64,000 nucleotides of DNA from Nitrospinaceae bacterium (GCA_965237905.1 OZ250172.1:1760001-1824000); one strand, 5' to 3'; positions 39,751-49,955 are shown, counted from the stretch's first letter. A program made the numbers and translations. Notes: generated by a model from the letters alone, not told the origin.

Positions 39751-39860
39751 TCCCCTCCTCAGTCCTCCCCTTGGTAAGGGGAGGAGATATTAGGTCCAGC
39801 GTTACGCTGGCTCACCTTAATCCGTCACCCTGTGGGTGCTCCCCATGAGGGGAGAGGAGA
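39751..39860. repeat. Nested REP-like mosaic between SBP and permease genes
   Basis: CCTCCCCTT-GGT-AAGGGGAGG hairpin, GGTCCAGCGTTACGCTGG 39793-39810, CTCACCTTAATCC...CTCCCCATGAGGGGAGAGGAG 39811-39859. Confidence 0.75.
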
Positions 39861-39885
39861 ATATTAGCTCCGGGCCTTGCCCGGC

Positions 39886-40710
39886 TCATCCTGTCGGCGA
39901 TGTTTCGTTGGCAGAAGGAATCACCGCCGCCTGGCCGAGGTCCCATTGCTGATGCAATCGTTCCACCGTGCCATTGGCCAACAGGGTTTTCAGTGCCTTG
40001 TCGAGGGCTTGTAGTAAAGCCGGATTGTCCTTGCGTACGGCGATACCGTAATATTCGTTCGTCAGGATTTCTCCCACCATCTTGATTTTGTCGAACACCG
40101 GTTTGTCCTTGTTTTTGTAATACAACGTTCCGGTGCTCTCACCCAGCACCGCGTCGAGTTCTCCATTGATCAAATCCTGCACGGCGTGCCCATACGATTC
40201 ATAACCCACGTTGCGGATGGCGGGATGATCCTTCAGTAAAAAATAAGCGGTCGTCCCGCGTTGCGCACCCACTATCATATTTTTGTTTTGCAGGTCGTCC
40301 AGCGTAGCTACCCCTTGCGTTTTTCTGAGCACGACGATAGCCAGGCCGCTTTTCAGGTAAGGCGTGCTGAACCCCATTTTCTTTTGGCGCTCCTCCAGAA
40401 TAGTGATGGAGCTGATGGCGGCATCGTACTTTCCGGTGGTCAGTCCGCCCAAGAGACCCGCCCACTCCACGTTGACCATTTCCAGTTCGAGACCAGCCTC
40501 TTTGGCGATGGCTTCCATCAAGGCCCAGTCGAATCCGTCGATCTGATTCTGGTCGTTCATAAACGACATGGGAACCAGAGTGGCATCGGTTGCGACTCTT
40601 ATTTTTTTGGGAACGCTCCCGGAATCCGGACCGCAGGCTGGAAATAATCCTGGCAGAAGAATCAGGAATAATAAAAACAATACAATGGAATGTGGTTGGG
40701 TTCGAGACAT
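39886..40710 (-). CDS. Polar amino acid ABC substrate-binding lipoprotein (SBP_bac_3)
   Basis: LFPAC lipobox, GFD, ISSITILEERQKKMGFSTPY, GAQRGTT, YGIAVRK. Confidence 0.92.
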   Translation of the reverse strand: MSRTQPHSIVLFLLFLILLPGLFPACGPDSGSVPKKIRVATDATLVPMSFMNDQNQIDGFDWALMEAIAKEAGLELEMVNVEWAGLLGGLTTGKYDAAISSITILEERQKKMGFSTPYLKSGLAIVVLRKTQGVATLDDLQNKNMIVGAQRGTTAYFLLKDHPAIRNVGYESYGHAVQDLINGELDAVLGESTGTLYYKNKDKPVFDKIKMVGEILTNEYYGIAVRKDNPALLQALDKALKTLLANGTVERLHQQWDLGQAAVIPSANETSPTG

Positions 40711-40725
40711 AAAATAGATTCCCGG

Positions 40726-41793
40726 TTATGGAGTGAACAAGTACACGTCCCGGTACGCGAAGGTCACCGACAGGGAATCCCCTTTTTCCCAGACTGCGCT
40801 TTCGCCATAGGGCACGTGCACATTCAAGATGCTTTCGTTTTTCAATCGTACCCGGTATTGGATACGGTTGCCGAAAAACAGTTTCTGTATCACTTCACCA
40901 TCGAGGCGGTTGATTTCTTCGCCGACTCCCCGGTCCTTCAGCAATAGACGTTCCGGCCGCAGGTAACAACTCAACTGAGTATTTTCAGCGTAGGTGATAT
41001 CGGATAAAGCGATCAAGGTTCCCGCTTCATGGAGTGAAAGCGTGACCTGATTCCCCGCTTGCTGGATAACGGTGCCTTCCAGCCGGTTGATTTCTCCCAG
41101 AAACGAGGCGGTGAAAGGGTCTGCCGGTTGATCGTAAAGCGCCTGCGGCGTACCCACCTGTAGAAGACTACCGCCTTCCAGAATGCTCATACGGTCAGCC
41201 AGGCTCATCGCCTCTTCCTGATCGTGGGTGACGAACAGGAACGTAATCCCGAAAGCGCGTTGCATGTCCATCAACTCCTCGCGCAGGTTCTGGCGCAGAC
41301 TTTCATCCAGCGAGGACAACGGTTCGTCCAATAAAAGCACTTTGGGTTTGTTGATGACAGCGCGTGCCAGCGCCACACGTTGGGATTCTCCGCCGCTCAG
41401 TTGACCCGGCCAGGCATAGCGCAATTCGGTGAGGCGGGTGACTTCCAGCAGGGCGTCGATCTGATTCGCGATTTCTGATTCTGGGATGCCCCGCACTCTG
41501 GGGCCGACGGCGATATTGTCGTAAACGTTCATGTGAGGAAACAACGCGTGCCGCTGAAAGATGAATCCCACCGGACGTTGCTCGACGGGAAGCGCGCCGA
41601 CCTCCTGTCCCTCAATAAAAATACGGCCACGGTCCGGTTGATCGAAACCGGCGATCATGCGGAGCAAAGTGGTTTTGCCGCATCCGCTTTGGCCCAGCAA
41701 AACGAATCGCTCGCCTTCTTCGATCGCCAGAGAACAATCCTCCAGCACTCTCTTCGGGCCAAACGATTTGGAGATGCCTTCCAGTCGAACCAT
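40726..41793 (-). CDS. ABC ATPase of PotA/FbpC type with C-terminal TOBE domain
   Basis: GQSGCGKTT, FQRHALFPHM, LSGGESQRVALAR, VTHDQEEA, LRPE. Confidence 0.9.
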   Translation of the reverse strand: MVRLEGISKSFGPKRVLEDCSLAIEEGERFVLLGQSGCGKTTLLRMIAGFDQPDRGRIFIEGQEVGALPVEQRPVGFIFQRHALFPHMNVYDNIAVGPRVRGIPESEIANQIDALLEVTRLTELRYAWPGQLSGGESQRVALARAVINKPKVLLLDEPLSSLDESLRQNLREELMDMQRAFGITFLFVTHDQEEAMSLADRMSILEGGSLLQVGTPQALYDQPADPFTASFLGEINRLEGTVIQQAGNQVTLSLHEAGTLIALSDITYAENTQLSCYLRPERLLLKDRGVGEEINRLDGEVIQKLFFGNRIQYRVRLKNESILNVHVPYGESAVWEKGDSLSVTFAYRDVYLFTP

Positions 41794-41803
41794 AAGAATA
41801 CCG

Positions 41804-42568
41804 TCAATTGGCTTTCCAGGCCCAGAGCATGTCGACGGGACGGCGCTGGGTCCTGAACCCATGATGTTTGAAAAACTGTTCCATTGAATCCATATCGTGC
41901 TTCGGTTCCGGCCCTTTGTGAACTTCCATAGCGATTTGATCGATGCGTGACAGGATGTCTTCAGAGCAGTTATAGAAAATATCGTATTCCGCTCCTTCGC
42001 AATCCATTTTTAAAAAATCACACCGTTCCAATCCGTACGTCTCAAAAATATCCTGCAGGGTGACGCAGTTGACCCGGATTTCCTCACCTTCCTGTTTTCG
42101 GGTCATTGAGGCGCTGGTGGTGAAGGAATCACTGGGATCGAAGGTCAGGGTAATTTCTCCCGCTTTTCCAGCCACCGCGTTTTGGTGGGGATGAATGTCG
42201 TATTTTGCATTCAATTGGCGGTTCTGTTCCAGTTGCTTGAAATTTGCCGGGATGGGTTCGTAACTGAAAATGCGCGGGTGGTCGAATCTGGAGGCGGCGA
42301 ACAGGGAAAAGAACCCCGCATTGGCCCCGATATCGATCACAGATCCCCCTTTTGGGATACTTCTCTGGAGTCCATTGATGTAACACTCATCCATGAACAC
42401 TTCCTTGAAGGTTTGCAACAGGCGCCGGGGAACTTCGACCACTACGCCGGTGCGGGTGATGAAATGTATGGGATCCGGCCGGGTGAGCCCGAATTTGATG
42501 CCCAGATAAAGGCTCCAATTGGAAATATTCCGCATTAGATTAAGGTATCGTGTCACTGAACCTCCCAC
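41804..42568 (-). CDS. FkbM family methyltransferase
   Basis: IDIGANAGFFS, YEPIP, FLKMDCEGAE; start uncertain. Confidence 0.9.
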   Translation of the reverse strand: MGGSVTRYLNLMRNISNWSLYLGIKFGLTRPDPIHFITRTGVVVEVPRRLLQTFKEVFMDECYINGLQRSIPKGGSVIDIGANAGFFSLFAASRFDHPRIFSYEPIPANFKQLEQNRQLNAKYDIHPHQNAVAGKAGEITLTFDPSDSFTTSASMTRKQEGEEIRVNCVTLQDIFETYGLERCDFLKMDCEGAEYDIFYNCSEDILSRIDQIAMEVHKGPEPKHDMDSMEQFFKHHGFRTQRRPVDMLWAWKAN

Positions 42569-42774
42569 TTGAAATTGAAAATTGGATCCCCCTGGTACTC
42601 TCTCCGCCGGTTCCGGAGATCGGCAGAAAACATTATAAGCTGTGATTCAAAAAAAAGGGGTCTCCACGCTATTTTTTTCCAATTTTAGTTGAGTTTTTGA
42701 ACAATATTGGTGATGCTAGACTTGTGGGGAGTGCCCGCAAATTCAGGCTTTTTTCAAACATTTTCAGGATTTAT

Positions 42775-44835
42775 ATGATCTCTTTGATAAAACGGATTAA
42801 AGAGTTTGGAGTTCTGCTGTGTTTTTTCGGAGCTTTCAGCGGAATGATGTTCAAGGTATTTGCCCCTGCTCTTTCTTATGCGGGGAAGCCGCCGGGTGTG
42901 CCTGGCGACCTGACCCGGTTGACGCTTGAAGAGTTGATGGACATTCAAGTGACTTCGGTCTCTAAAGGTGAGGAGGATTTTTCCAAAGCCCCCTCCGCGA
43001 TTTTTGTGATCACCCAGGAAGATTTGCGCCGCTCCGGCGCCAACACTATTCCCGAAGCTCTGCGCATGGTGCCCGGCGTGCAGGTGTCCCAGATCGATTC
43101 CAGCACTTGGGCGATAACCGCTCGCGGTTTCAACTCCCGTTTTGCCAACAAGCTGTTGGTTCTGATCGACGGTCGTTCCGTGTATACCCATGTATTTGCC
43201 GGGGTATTCTGGGACGAGCAGGACATGGTGTTGGAAGATGTTGAACGTATCGAAGTGATCCGCGGACCTGGCGGTACCTTGTGGGGCGCCAACGCAGTGA
43301 ACGGCGTTATCAACATCATCACCAAGAATGCGCACAAAACCACCGGTGGTCAAGTCAGCGCCGGTGGAGGTAATTTGGACCGCTTCATCGGATCTATCCG
43401 GTATGGAGAAAAAATCGGCGACAACGCCGCGGTCCGGGTTTGGGGGAAATATTATAACCGCAACAACCTGGACGATTTGCAGGGCAACTCCGCGCCGGAT
43501 GAATTCGAAACGGGCCGCGGCGGCATGCGGTTGGACTGGGACGCTTCGGAATCGAATTCTTTCACCTTCCAGGGCGACGTGATGGTCGGCGAGTTCGCCG
43601 GTAAGACCTCCAACGCCGTCAACTCTCTGTCGCCTGTACCGACCACGACCGATATCGTGCAGGACTCGCAGGTCCGGACGGCTAATTTCATCACTCGATG
43701 GAAACACCGCTTTTCGGACACTTCTAATATGGACCTGCAGTTTTATTACAACCGTGACCATCGGGAAAGCCGGGTGTTGCAAGAACTGTTAGTTGATACT
43801 TATGATCTCGATTTTCAGCATCGCTTTCAATTGGGAGATCGGCATGAAATGCTGTGGGGGTTGGGGCACCGTTTTATTAAGGATTCGTTTGAAAACAGCA
43901 TCGGCATCAGCTATTTCCCGGACAGCAATCTCAACTATATTTCCAACGCGTTTGTGCAGGACAAAATTACCCTGATCCACGACCAGCTGTATCTCACCCT
44001 CGGTTCCAAATTTTCGATCAACAACTTTACTGGGTTTGAATTCCAACCCAACGCGCGCCTGGCGTGGACTCCCAACGACCGGCATACCGTGTGGGCGGCG
44101 GTTTCCCGCGCGGTACGTACCCCGTCCCGCTCCGGAGATTCAGGGCGTTTTAATGCCGCCACTACTATCCTGCCGGGCCCGACCCCTGCGGTGGTTGTGA
44201 TTCAGGGGCAAAAGGATTTTGAATCTGAAAATCTACTGGCCACTGAGCTGGGCTACCGTTTGCGTCCGCATGACAAATTATTCTTTGATGTAGCGGCGTT
44301 CGTGAATGTTTACCGGGATAGCCATAGCTTTGAAGTGGAAACCCCTTTTCCTAATCCCGCGGGATTTGTGGAAGTGCCTATCGTTTCCCGCAATCGCCTT
44401 GATGGAGAAACTTACGGTGTGGAGTTGGCGGCTACCTGGGATGTGGCGGACTGGTGGCGGTTGAACGGTGCTTTCACCTGGCTCCAGGTGGATTTACGAA
44501 AGGATCCGATCAGTACCGATCAAAATGTCGTGGGTTTCGAAGGCAACGATCCCGAGTTTCAATGGAACCTGCGTTCGCACATGGATCTGCCTTCGAATTG
44601 GGAATTCGATCAGACGTTGTATTACGTGGACGCCCTCAAGAGTCAGCAAGTGCGGAGCTATTTCCGGCTGGACCTGCGGGTGGGATGGCGTCCTACCCAA
44701 AATATCGAAGTCAGTATCGTTGGCCAGAATCTGCTGGATAGCCAGCATCAGGAATGGGGCGACGACCGCATTCAAACGAATGACCGCAATCTGGTAGAAC
44801 GTTCGGTTTTTGGCAAGTTGGTTTTAAAGTTTTAA
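42775..44835 (+). CDS. TonB-dependent receptor
   Basis: LEELMDIQVTSVSK, EALRMVPG, VLIDGR, IEVIRGPGGTLWGANAVNGVINIITK, C-terminal F. Confidence 0.93.
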   Translation: MISLIKRIKEFGVLLCFFGAFSGMMFKVFAPALSYAGKPPGVPGDLTRLTLEELMDIQVTSVSKGEEDFSKAPSAIFVITQEDLRRSGANTIPEALRMVPGVQVSQIDSSTWAITARGFNSRFANKLLVLIDGRSVYTHVFAGVFWDEQDMVLEDVERIEVIRGPGGTLWGANAVNGVINIITKNAHKTTGGQVSAGGGNLDRFIGSIRYGEKIGDNAAVRVWGKYYNRNNLDDLQGNSAPDEFETGRGGMRLDWDASESNSFTFQGDVMVGEFAGKTSNAVNSLSPVPTTTDIVQDSQVRTANFITRWKHRFSDTSNMDLQFYYNRDHRESRVLQELLVDTYDLDFQHRFQLGDRHEMLWGLGHRFIKDSFENSIGISYFPDSNLNYISNAFVQDKITLIHDQLYLTLGSKFSINNFTGFEFQPNARLAWTPNDRHTVWAAVSRAVRTPSRSGDSGRFNAATTILPGPTPAVVVIQGQKDFESENLLATELGYRLRPHDKLFFDVAAFVNVYRDSHSFEVETPFPNPAGFVEVPIVSRNRLDGETYGVELAATWDVADWWRLNGAFTWLQVDLRKDPISTDQNVVGFEGNDPEFQWNLRSHMDLPSNWEFDQTLYYVDALKSQQVRSYFRLDLRVGWRPTQNIEVSIVGQNLLDSQHQEWGDDRIQTNDRNLVERSVFGKLVLKF

Positions 44836-44968
44836 AGATAACCGTTTGTTGACATCAGAACCAATTGCCCCATCCGCGCTCTTTTCTAGCACTTCCGAGA
44901 ACTGGAATTTAACGAAAGGAGAAGCGGGTGCCGCGCAGTGTTTATGGAAAATTCACTTTACGTTTTTA

Positions 44969-45571
44969 ATGGGACATTTTTTATTTAGGTGTGTTTTGAA
45001 GAATAGACTGCGGCGACATTTAATTGTGGTTGGGTTACTCCTCTGGGGTTGGTGCGCGCCACTAGCGAGCCAGGCTCTGGCGGTGGAGTCCGCCTATGCC
45101 GCCGCAGTGGAATATGAAGTCAAGGCGGCGTTCATTCATAATTTCACCCAATTCATTGATTGGCCCTCTGCAGTGTTTGAAGCAGAAGACTCCCCATTGC
45201 GGATCGGTATTCTAGGTAAGGGGCCCATTGATAATCCTTTGATGAATTTGAACGGGAAAAAAGTTCAGAAAAGGTCCTTGGAAGTTTCCAGGATTCGAAA
45301 CTTAAATACGGTTAGCCAGTACCATGTTATTTTTGTGAACCCTTCCGAAGATAGACGGGTGGGGTCCATTCTCCGCACTCTCAAGGGTACCGGTATCCTG
45401 ACCATCGGGGATATGGCAGGTTTTGCCGAGCGATGCGGAGTCATCAATTTTTACCTGAAGAGCGGCAAGGTTCGGTTTGAAATCAATATTGAAGCGTCCC
45501 AGCGGGAAAAACTGAAAATTAGCTCCAAATTACTGCATTTGGCCCGCATTGTAAATTCCCGATGTGGTTAA
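44969..45571 (+). CDS. YfiR/HmsC family (DUF4154) periplasmic protein
   Basis: EYEVKAAFIHNFTQFIDWP, LTIGD, FEIN, ISSKLLHLA; start uncertain. Confidence 0.88.
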   Translation: MGHFLFRCVLKNRLRRHLIVVGLLLWGWCAPLASQALAVESAYAAAVEYEVKAAFIHNFTQFIDWPSAVFEAEDSPLRIGILGKGPIDNPLMNLNGKKVQKRSLEVSRIRNLNTVSQYHVIFVNPSEDRRVGSILRTLKGTGILTIGDMAGFAERCGVINFYLKSGKVRFEINIEASQREKLKISSKLLHLARIVNSRCG

Positions 45572-45750
45572 TTTATGGGGATTTAGCTCACTCAAAAATT
45601 AAAGAATCCGATCCCCTCCCCGTTTCATCCCAAAGATGAGAGAGTATTTGACTTATCCCTACCGCCGGGGGTAGGCTTGAGTAATAAACCCTTGTTTTTC
45701 AGGTTTCGTAAAACGGGTATTTGAGGGTTCAGAGCCGAGAAGGAGAAATC

Positions 45751-46302
45751 ATGGTACAGACCGATAAAACTTACGACGATTCCAAACGTGTTGGGGAAAT
45801 GTTGGGGACTATGGAGGCCGCTCGTCTGTTTGCTTTGGACGCCCTGCAGACGTGCCGCTTTGTTTTCGAAAAGGGTTTGGTTTCCGCCTATGAAGCCACC
45901 CGGCAGGAGCTGAAGTTTTTATTCAAGCGGTTTACCGCGCTGGATTATGTATTTGGTAATCTCTGTTTGCTAGGATTGTTGTTGTGTTTTGCAGTATTCC
46001 TTTCAGGCTTTGGCCTTTTGGGATACCAGACCGTGGTTTGGTTGCAGGACGGTGTATGGAATGCCATGCCTCTCATGATGGTGTTCACTTTTCTTTTTGA
46101 TGGCACTGCGTTCGGCGCCTGGATGCAAAATCCGGATGCCTGGGTGGGTCTTCACCAGGTTATGGAGTGGCTCCTCATTAATATTCCCATTTCCCTGGTT
46201 TTGATTGTTGATGGACTGATCCTGTCCGCAGGAATGGTTGCCGTTATTGTTTTCGCGGTAATGGTTCGCAGATTCCAGTTCAAGCACAGAGAGCAGGGTT
46301 AA
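45751..46302 (+). CDS. Hypothetical membrane protein
   Basis: AGGAG RBS; TM segments; YQTVVWLQDGVW and PDAWVGLHQ motifs. Confidence 0.7.
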   Translation: MVQTDKTYDDSKRVGEMLGTMEAARLFALDALQTCRFVFEKGLVSAYEATRQELKFLFKRFTALDYVFGNLCLLGLLLCFAVFLSGFGLLGYQTVVWLQDGVWNAMPLMMVFTFLFDGTAFGAWMQNPDAWVGLHQVMEWLLINIPISLVLIVDGLILSAGMVAVIVFAVMVRRFQFKHREQG

Positions 46303-46363
46303 ACCCCAAACCTGCTGCCAACGGATTCACCGGTTTTGCAAATGCGAGTCTCGCGCTTTTTAC

Positions 46364-48394
46364 TCAAGAACGAGGCATAGTCTTTAACGGGAAGGCGAGC
46401 ATACGGGTTGGAGTTGTTTGCAAATTAAATAACTGAATGAACGCGGCGAGGCACTGCGGATCATATTTGCCTGCCTTGGTTTTCTTTTGTAATTCCTTAA
46501 TGGCGGTTTGATAATTTAAAGCCACCTGATTCCTACTGTTGCTGGTCAGGACATCAAAATCGTTGGCGATACTCAATATGCGCGAACCCAGAGGAATTTC
46601 CCCTCCCTTTAATTTATCCGGATAACCCGACCCATCATAATGTTCGTGATGGCTCTTCACATAATTGTGGAGTATTGTCGAAGTGTACCCCAACTGTTTG
46701 ATCATCCGGGTGCTTTCTATTGAATGTTGGTGGACCAAGGCCTGCTCGTATTTGGACAAGGGCCGGTTGGTGCCCCGGATTTCGTGCGGGATAATGATCT
46801 TGCCCAAATCATGCAAATATCCGGCGATCAAAAGTTCTTCTTTTTCCCTGTGGGATAAACCCAGTTTTTCAGCCAGCGCGTATGAAAGAAGCGCCACTGT
46901 TTTGCCGTGACCCAGGGTGCCATCGACCGCCTCGGACGCATGAATCAGTTCCATCGGTAATTTGATATTGGCAGTGACCGAAGCATACTTGTCAAAGAAG
47001 TCCCGGGGAATTTTGTTGCGATCCATAAAAGGATCCTTTAGTCCGAGGACCCGGTAAATCGACACACGCTCCTTTTTCCCGCGGATAGCTATTTTTTCGT
47101 ACTCATCCTGCTTTTTCTCTGCCTCAACGTAGGCCTCGCGGGCTTCTACATGGTTCGGGTCGATTTTCAATATTTTTTGAAAAACTTCTATAGCGGCGCT
47201 GGCAGCCCGCTTTTTAAAGAAGGCTTGCCCCAGAGCGTACAGCATCTGCAGGTCGTTGGGATTTTGATTCAGAAGATCTTCGAGGGATCGAACTTCAGCT
47301 TCCACAATCTTGTCCGCTTCCCGTTTGCCATAAACGGAACGAATCCGGCTGACGTGAAAAAATTGCTGAACAATCATATAAGTATTGTGGTCGATGTACA
47401 CTTCGCCGGGCTCGCATAACTCTTCAAGGCGGGCGGCCAGGTTCGCGGTATTGCCGATACAGGAGTAACTTTTGCGCTTCGACCCCAAAAGACCCACCAC
47501 GGACGCCCCAGTGGCAATGCCCACCCGCATTTTCCATTGAGGATGGGTTTTCTGCATTCTTTCCTGCATGGTGAGGCCCGCCAGAACTGCCAGAACCGCA
47601 TGATTTTTATATTTAACAGGTGCTCCAAATTCCACCATGATCCCGTCGCCAATGTACTTGTCGATATGGCCGTAGCACTGGGTGATACAATCCTCCATTT
47701 CACCGAGATAAGCATTCAATTCGTTGATCACCTGTTCCGGCGGATTCTGCTCGGAATAAACGGTAAAGTCCTTGAGATCGGTAAACAAAACGGAGATCCG
47801 CCGTTTTTCGTTGCGCAGTTTGCCTTCGATCATCAACCGTGCTACTTTGGAGTCCATTACAGAGAATAAAGCTTCTTCCACACGGGTTTTTAAGGATTCG
47901 ACATTTCCCTGCGACCGCTCTAGTTCCTGAGTCCTTTCAGAAACCCTTGTTTCCAGTTGGGAGCTGTAATCATTCAACCGTTTGTTGCTGATATCCAACA
48001 GTTGTTTTTCCTGTGCCAGCTCTTCCCGCAGTTTGTCGGTGAAGCGGAGTTTTTCCTTCAACCCTCCGATAATCCATCCCGCTAGAATCAGGAATCCGGC
48101 CCAAATCGTGAGGTGGAAGTACAGGTGAAATTTTTCTTCAAGGGCGTAGTCGTAATAGTAGTTGTCCAAATCGGCCAGCACAAACACCCAGACCATGAGA
48201 ACGGTTAAAAACGCACCCAGCACCGCTGTGCGCCGTCCCAGGTAATAACCCGCGAGCATAATCGGGAGATAGTAAAAATTGAGGAATGCAATTTTGGAAT
48301 AAACGAAGAAATTGATCAGAACAACGCTGATCAAAATCGTGAATATGAAGTGACTTTCGAAATGGTCGAATACGTACCGCTTGAGCTTTTCCAT
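46364..48394 (-). CDS. Membrane sensor - class III adenylate cyclase (TPR insertion) - HD-GYP fusion
   Basis: 4 TM; LFTDLKDFT, DKYIGDG, IGNTANLAARLE; TPR YALGQAFF...ILKIDPNH; LHDLGK, HHEHYDGSGYP. Confidence 0.9.
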   Translation of the reverse strand: MEKLKRYVFDHFESHFIFTILISVVLINFFVYSKIAFLNFYYLPIMLAGYYLGRRTAVLGAFLTVLMVWVFVLADLDNYYYDYALEEKFHLYFHLTIWAGFLILAGWIIGGLKEKLRFTDKLREELAQEKQLLDISNKRLNDYSSQLETRVSERTQELERSQGNVESLKTRVEEALFSVMDSKVARLMIEGKLRNEKRRISVLFTDLKDFTVYSEQNPPEQVINELNAYLGEMEDCITQCYGHIDKYIGDGIMVEFGAPVKYKNHAVLAVLAGLTMQERMQKTHPQWKMRVGIATGASVVGLLGSKRKSYSCIGNTANLAARLEELCEPGEVYIDHNTYMIVQQFFHVSRIRSVYGKREADKIVEAEVRSLEDLLNQNPNDLQMLYALGQAFFKKRAASAAIEVFQKILKIDPNHVEAREAYVEAEKKQDEYEKIAIRGKKERVSIYRVLGLKDPFMDRNKIPRDFFDKYASVTANIKLPMELIHASEAVDGTLGHGKTVALLSYALAEKLGLSHREKEELLIAGYLHDLGKIIIPHEIRGTNRPLSKYEQALVHQHSIESTRMIKQLGYTSTILHNYVKSHHEHYDGSGYPDKLKGGEIPLGSRILSIANDFDVLTSNSRNQVALNYQTAIKELQKKTKAGKYDPQCLAAFIQLFNLQTTPTRMLAFPLKTMPRS

Positions 48395-48639
48395 TAATTC
48401 TTACCTCCCCCGGTAAGGATGCTTCAGGAAACTAAAGACGTGATTTCATTATTTTAAGGTAGTTCTCAAGTATACCCTAAATGGGTTTAAAGTACATTTA
48501 CAAATAATGTGTTTTTATTGGAGGCGAGTGATTACCCTCTGCAGAATAATCGTATAAGCCTATGTAACTTATGGATTTTCAGAGGTGCGGCCACCGTCGG
48601 GCAGGTTTGGAGGGGGGAAATAGGGTTCCTGAGTGGAGG

Positions 48640-48993
48640 TTATTTTTTTTGAGTGTCCGGGGCTGAATCTGGGTATTTTTTGAGCAGTTTTTTGAGCAGG
48701 CTTTGGGCAGCGGCATTGTTGGAGGTGCTTTGTTCCGTTTCAAACAGTGCCAGCGCTTTTTGAACATGGGCCAATGCCGGGCGCCCCTCGTTCAATTGAT
48801 CGTATACCAGGCCCAGATTGAAGTGGGTTGCGCCTTTATCCGGATTATGCTCCAGGGATTTTAGAAATTCGTCAACGGCCTCCCGATACCGTTTAAATTT
48901 TCGATGTTGCCAGGCATTTTTAAAATGGATTTCCGCAGGATCGGTCGGAGGGGGTTTGGACGTCAACCTGAGTTCAAATTCTCTGTCGCTCAT
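48640..48993 (-). CDS. Small TPR protein
   Basis: AVDEFLKSLEHNPDKGATHFNLGLVY. Confidence 0.8.
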   Translation of the reverse strand: MSDREFELRLTSKPPPTDPAEIHFKNAWQHRKFKRYREAVDEFLKSLEHNPDKGATHFNLGLVYDQLNEGRPALAHVQKALALFETEQSTSNNAAAQSLLKKLLKKYPDSAPDTQKK

Positions 48994-49037
48994 AGCAGTC
49001 AATGGCTCAATTGAAAATGTGGATGGTAATCTTTACT

Positions 49038-49955
49038 TCAGGGAATAATATCTTCCGGTCGCAGTTTGAATTGCCGAATGATAAGTTCCTTGTTTTGCCG
49101 GGCCTTTCCCGCCCATTCGAGTTGACCGGCCTGTTGATACAAATCTTCCGCCCGTTGCATGTACTCCACAGCCTTCGGTCCCTGTTGCTTCTTGTAATAT
49201 ATCATGGCCAGGTTGAAATGCACGCCGGGGGCATCCGGTTTTAGCTCCAGCGCCCTTTCAGCGGAGAGTTGCGCCTTGTCCCATTGTTCGAGTTTGATGA
49301 AGGCCGAACTCAACCGGGTCCACACTCGTCCATTGTCTGAATCCAGACGCCCGGCCTGCTTGAGCGCAGGTAAGGCGCGCTCGGGGTCGTTTTCCTTTAA
49401 ATAAATCTCTCCTATGGTGAGATAGGCCAACGATTGATCCGGGTCCAGCTGAATGGCTTTCAAAGACGTTTCAAGGGCCGGTTTGTATTGTTTGAAAAAA
49501 AGACGGGAGGCCCCCAATACCGCATGATCCCTGGCCCTGCCGGAATCGAGCTTCACTGCCGCCTCGGATAATTCCAACGCACGCCGGTAATTCTCCATCT
49601 TGAAATGGACCCAGGCGCCGGTCGATACATACTCCGCGTTATCGGGATGCAGTTTGTACAGTGTTTGAATCACATCCAACGCACGCACCAGTTTGCCCTC
49701 CTTCACCAATTGATGAACGGCGACAACTTCCTTGCCCTTCTCTACCTGAATAGAATTTTCATAATCCGTGAACCAATAGATCCCGTGCTGGCTGATATAA
49801 TAGTAAGCGGGGCCTCCAATGAGCAGGACGGCGAGAATCACCAGGGCGCCCGCCCTGAGAAATTTGTTACGGGAAGGTTCCGGCGGCGGTTTGGACGAAG
49901 GGATGTCCTCGGGCTGGTAAATATCCTTGTATTTGTCGATTCCCGGGCGTGGCAT
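49038..49955 (-). CDS. Membrane-anchored TPR protein
   Basis: One TM followed by about six TPR units (AIQLDPDQSLAYLTIG, ALELKPDAPGVHFNLA). Confidence 0.85.
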   Translation of the reverse strand: MPRPGIDKYKDIYQPEDIPSSKPPPEPSRNKFLRAGALVILAVLLIGGPAYYYISQHGIYWFTDYENSIQVEKGKEVVAVHQLVKEGKLVRALDVIQTLYKLHPDNAEYVSTGAWVHFKMENYRRALELSEAAVKLDSGRARDHAVLGASRLFFKQYKPALETSLKAIQLDPDQSLAYLTIGEIYLKENDPERALPALKQAGRLDSDNGRVWTRLSSAFIKLEQWDKAQLSAERALELKPDAPGVHFNLAMIYYKKQQGPKAVEYMQRAEDLYQQAGQLEWAGKARQNKELIIRQFKLRPEDIIP

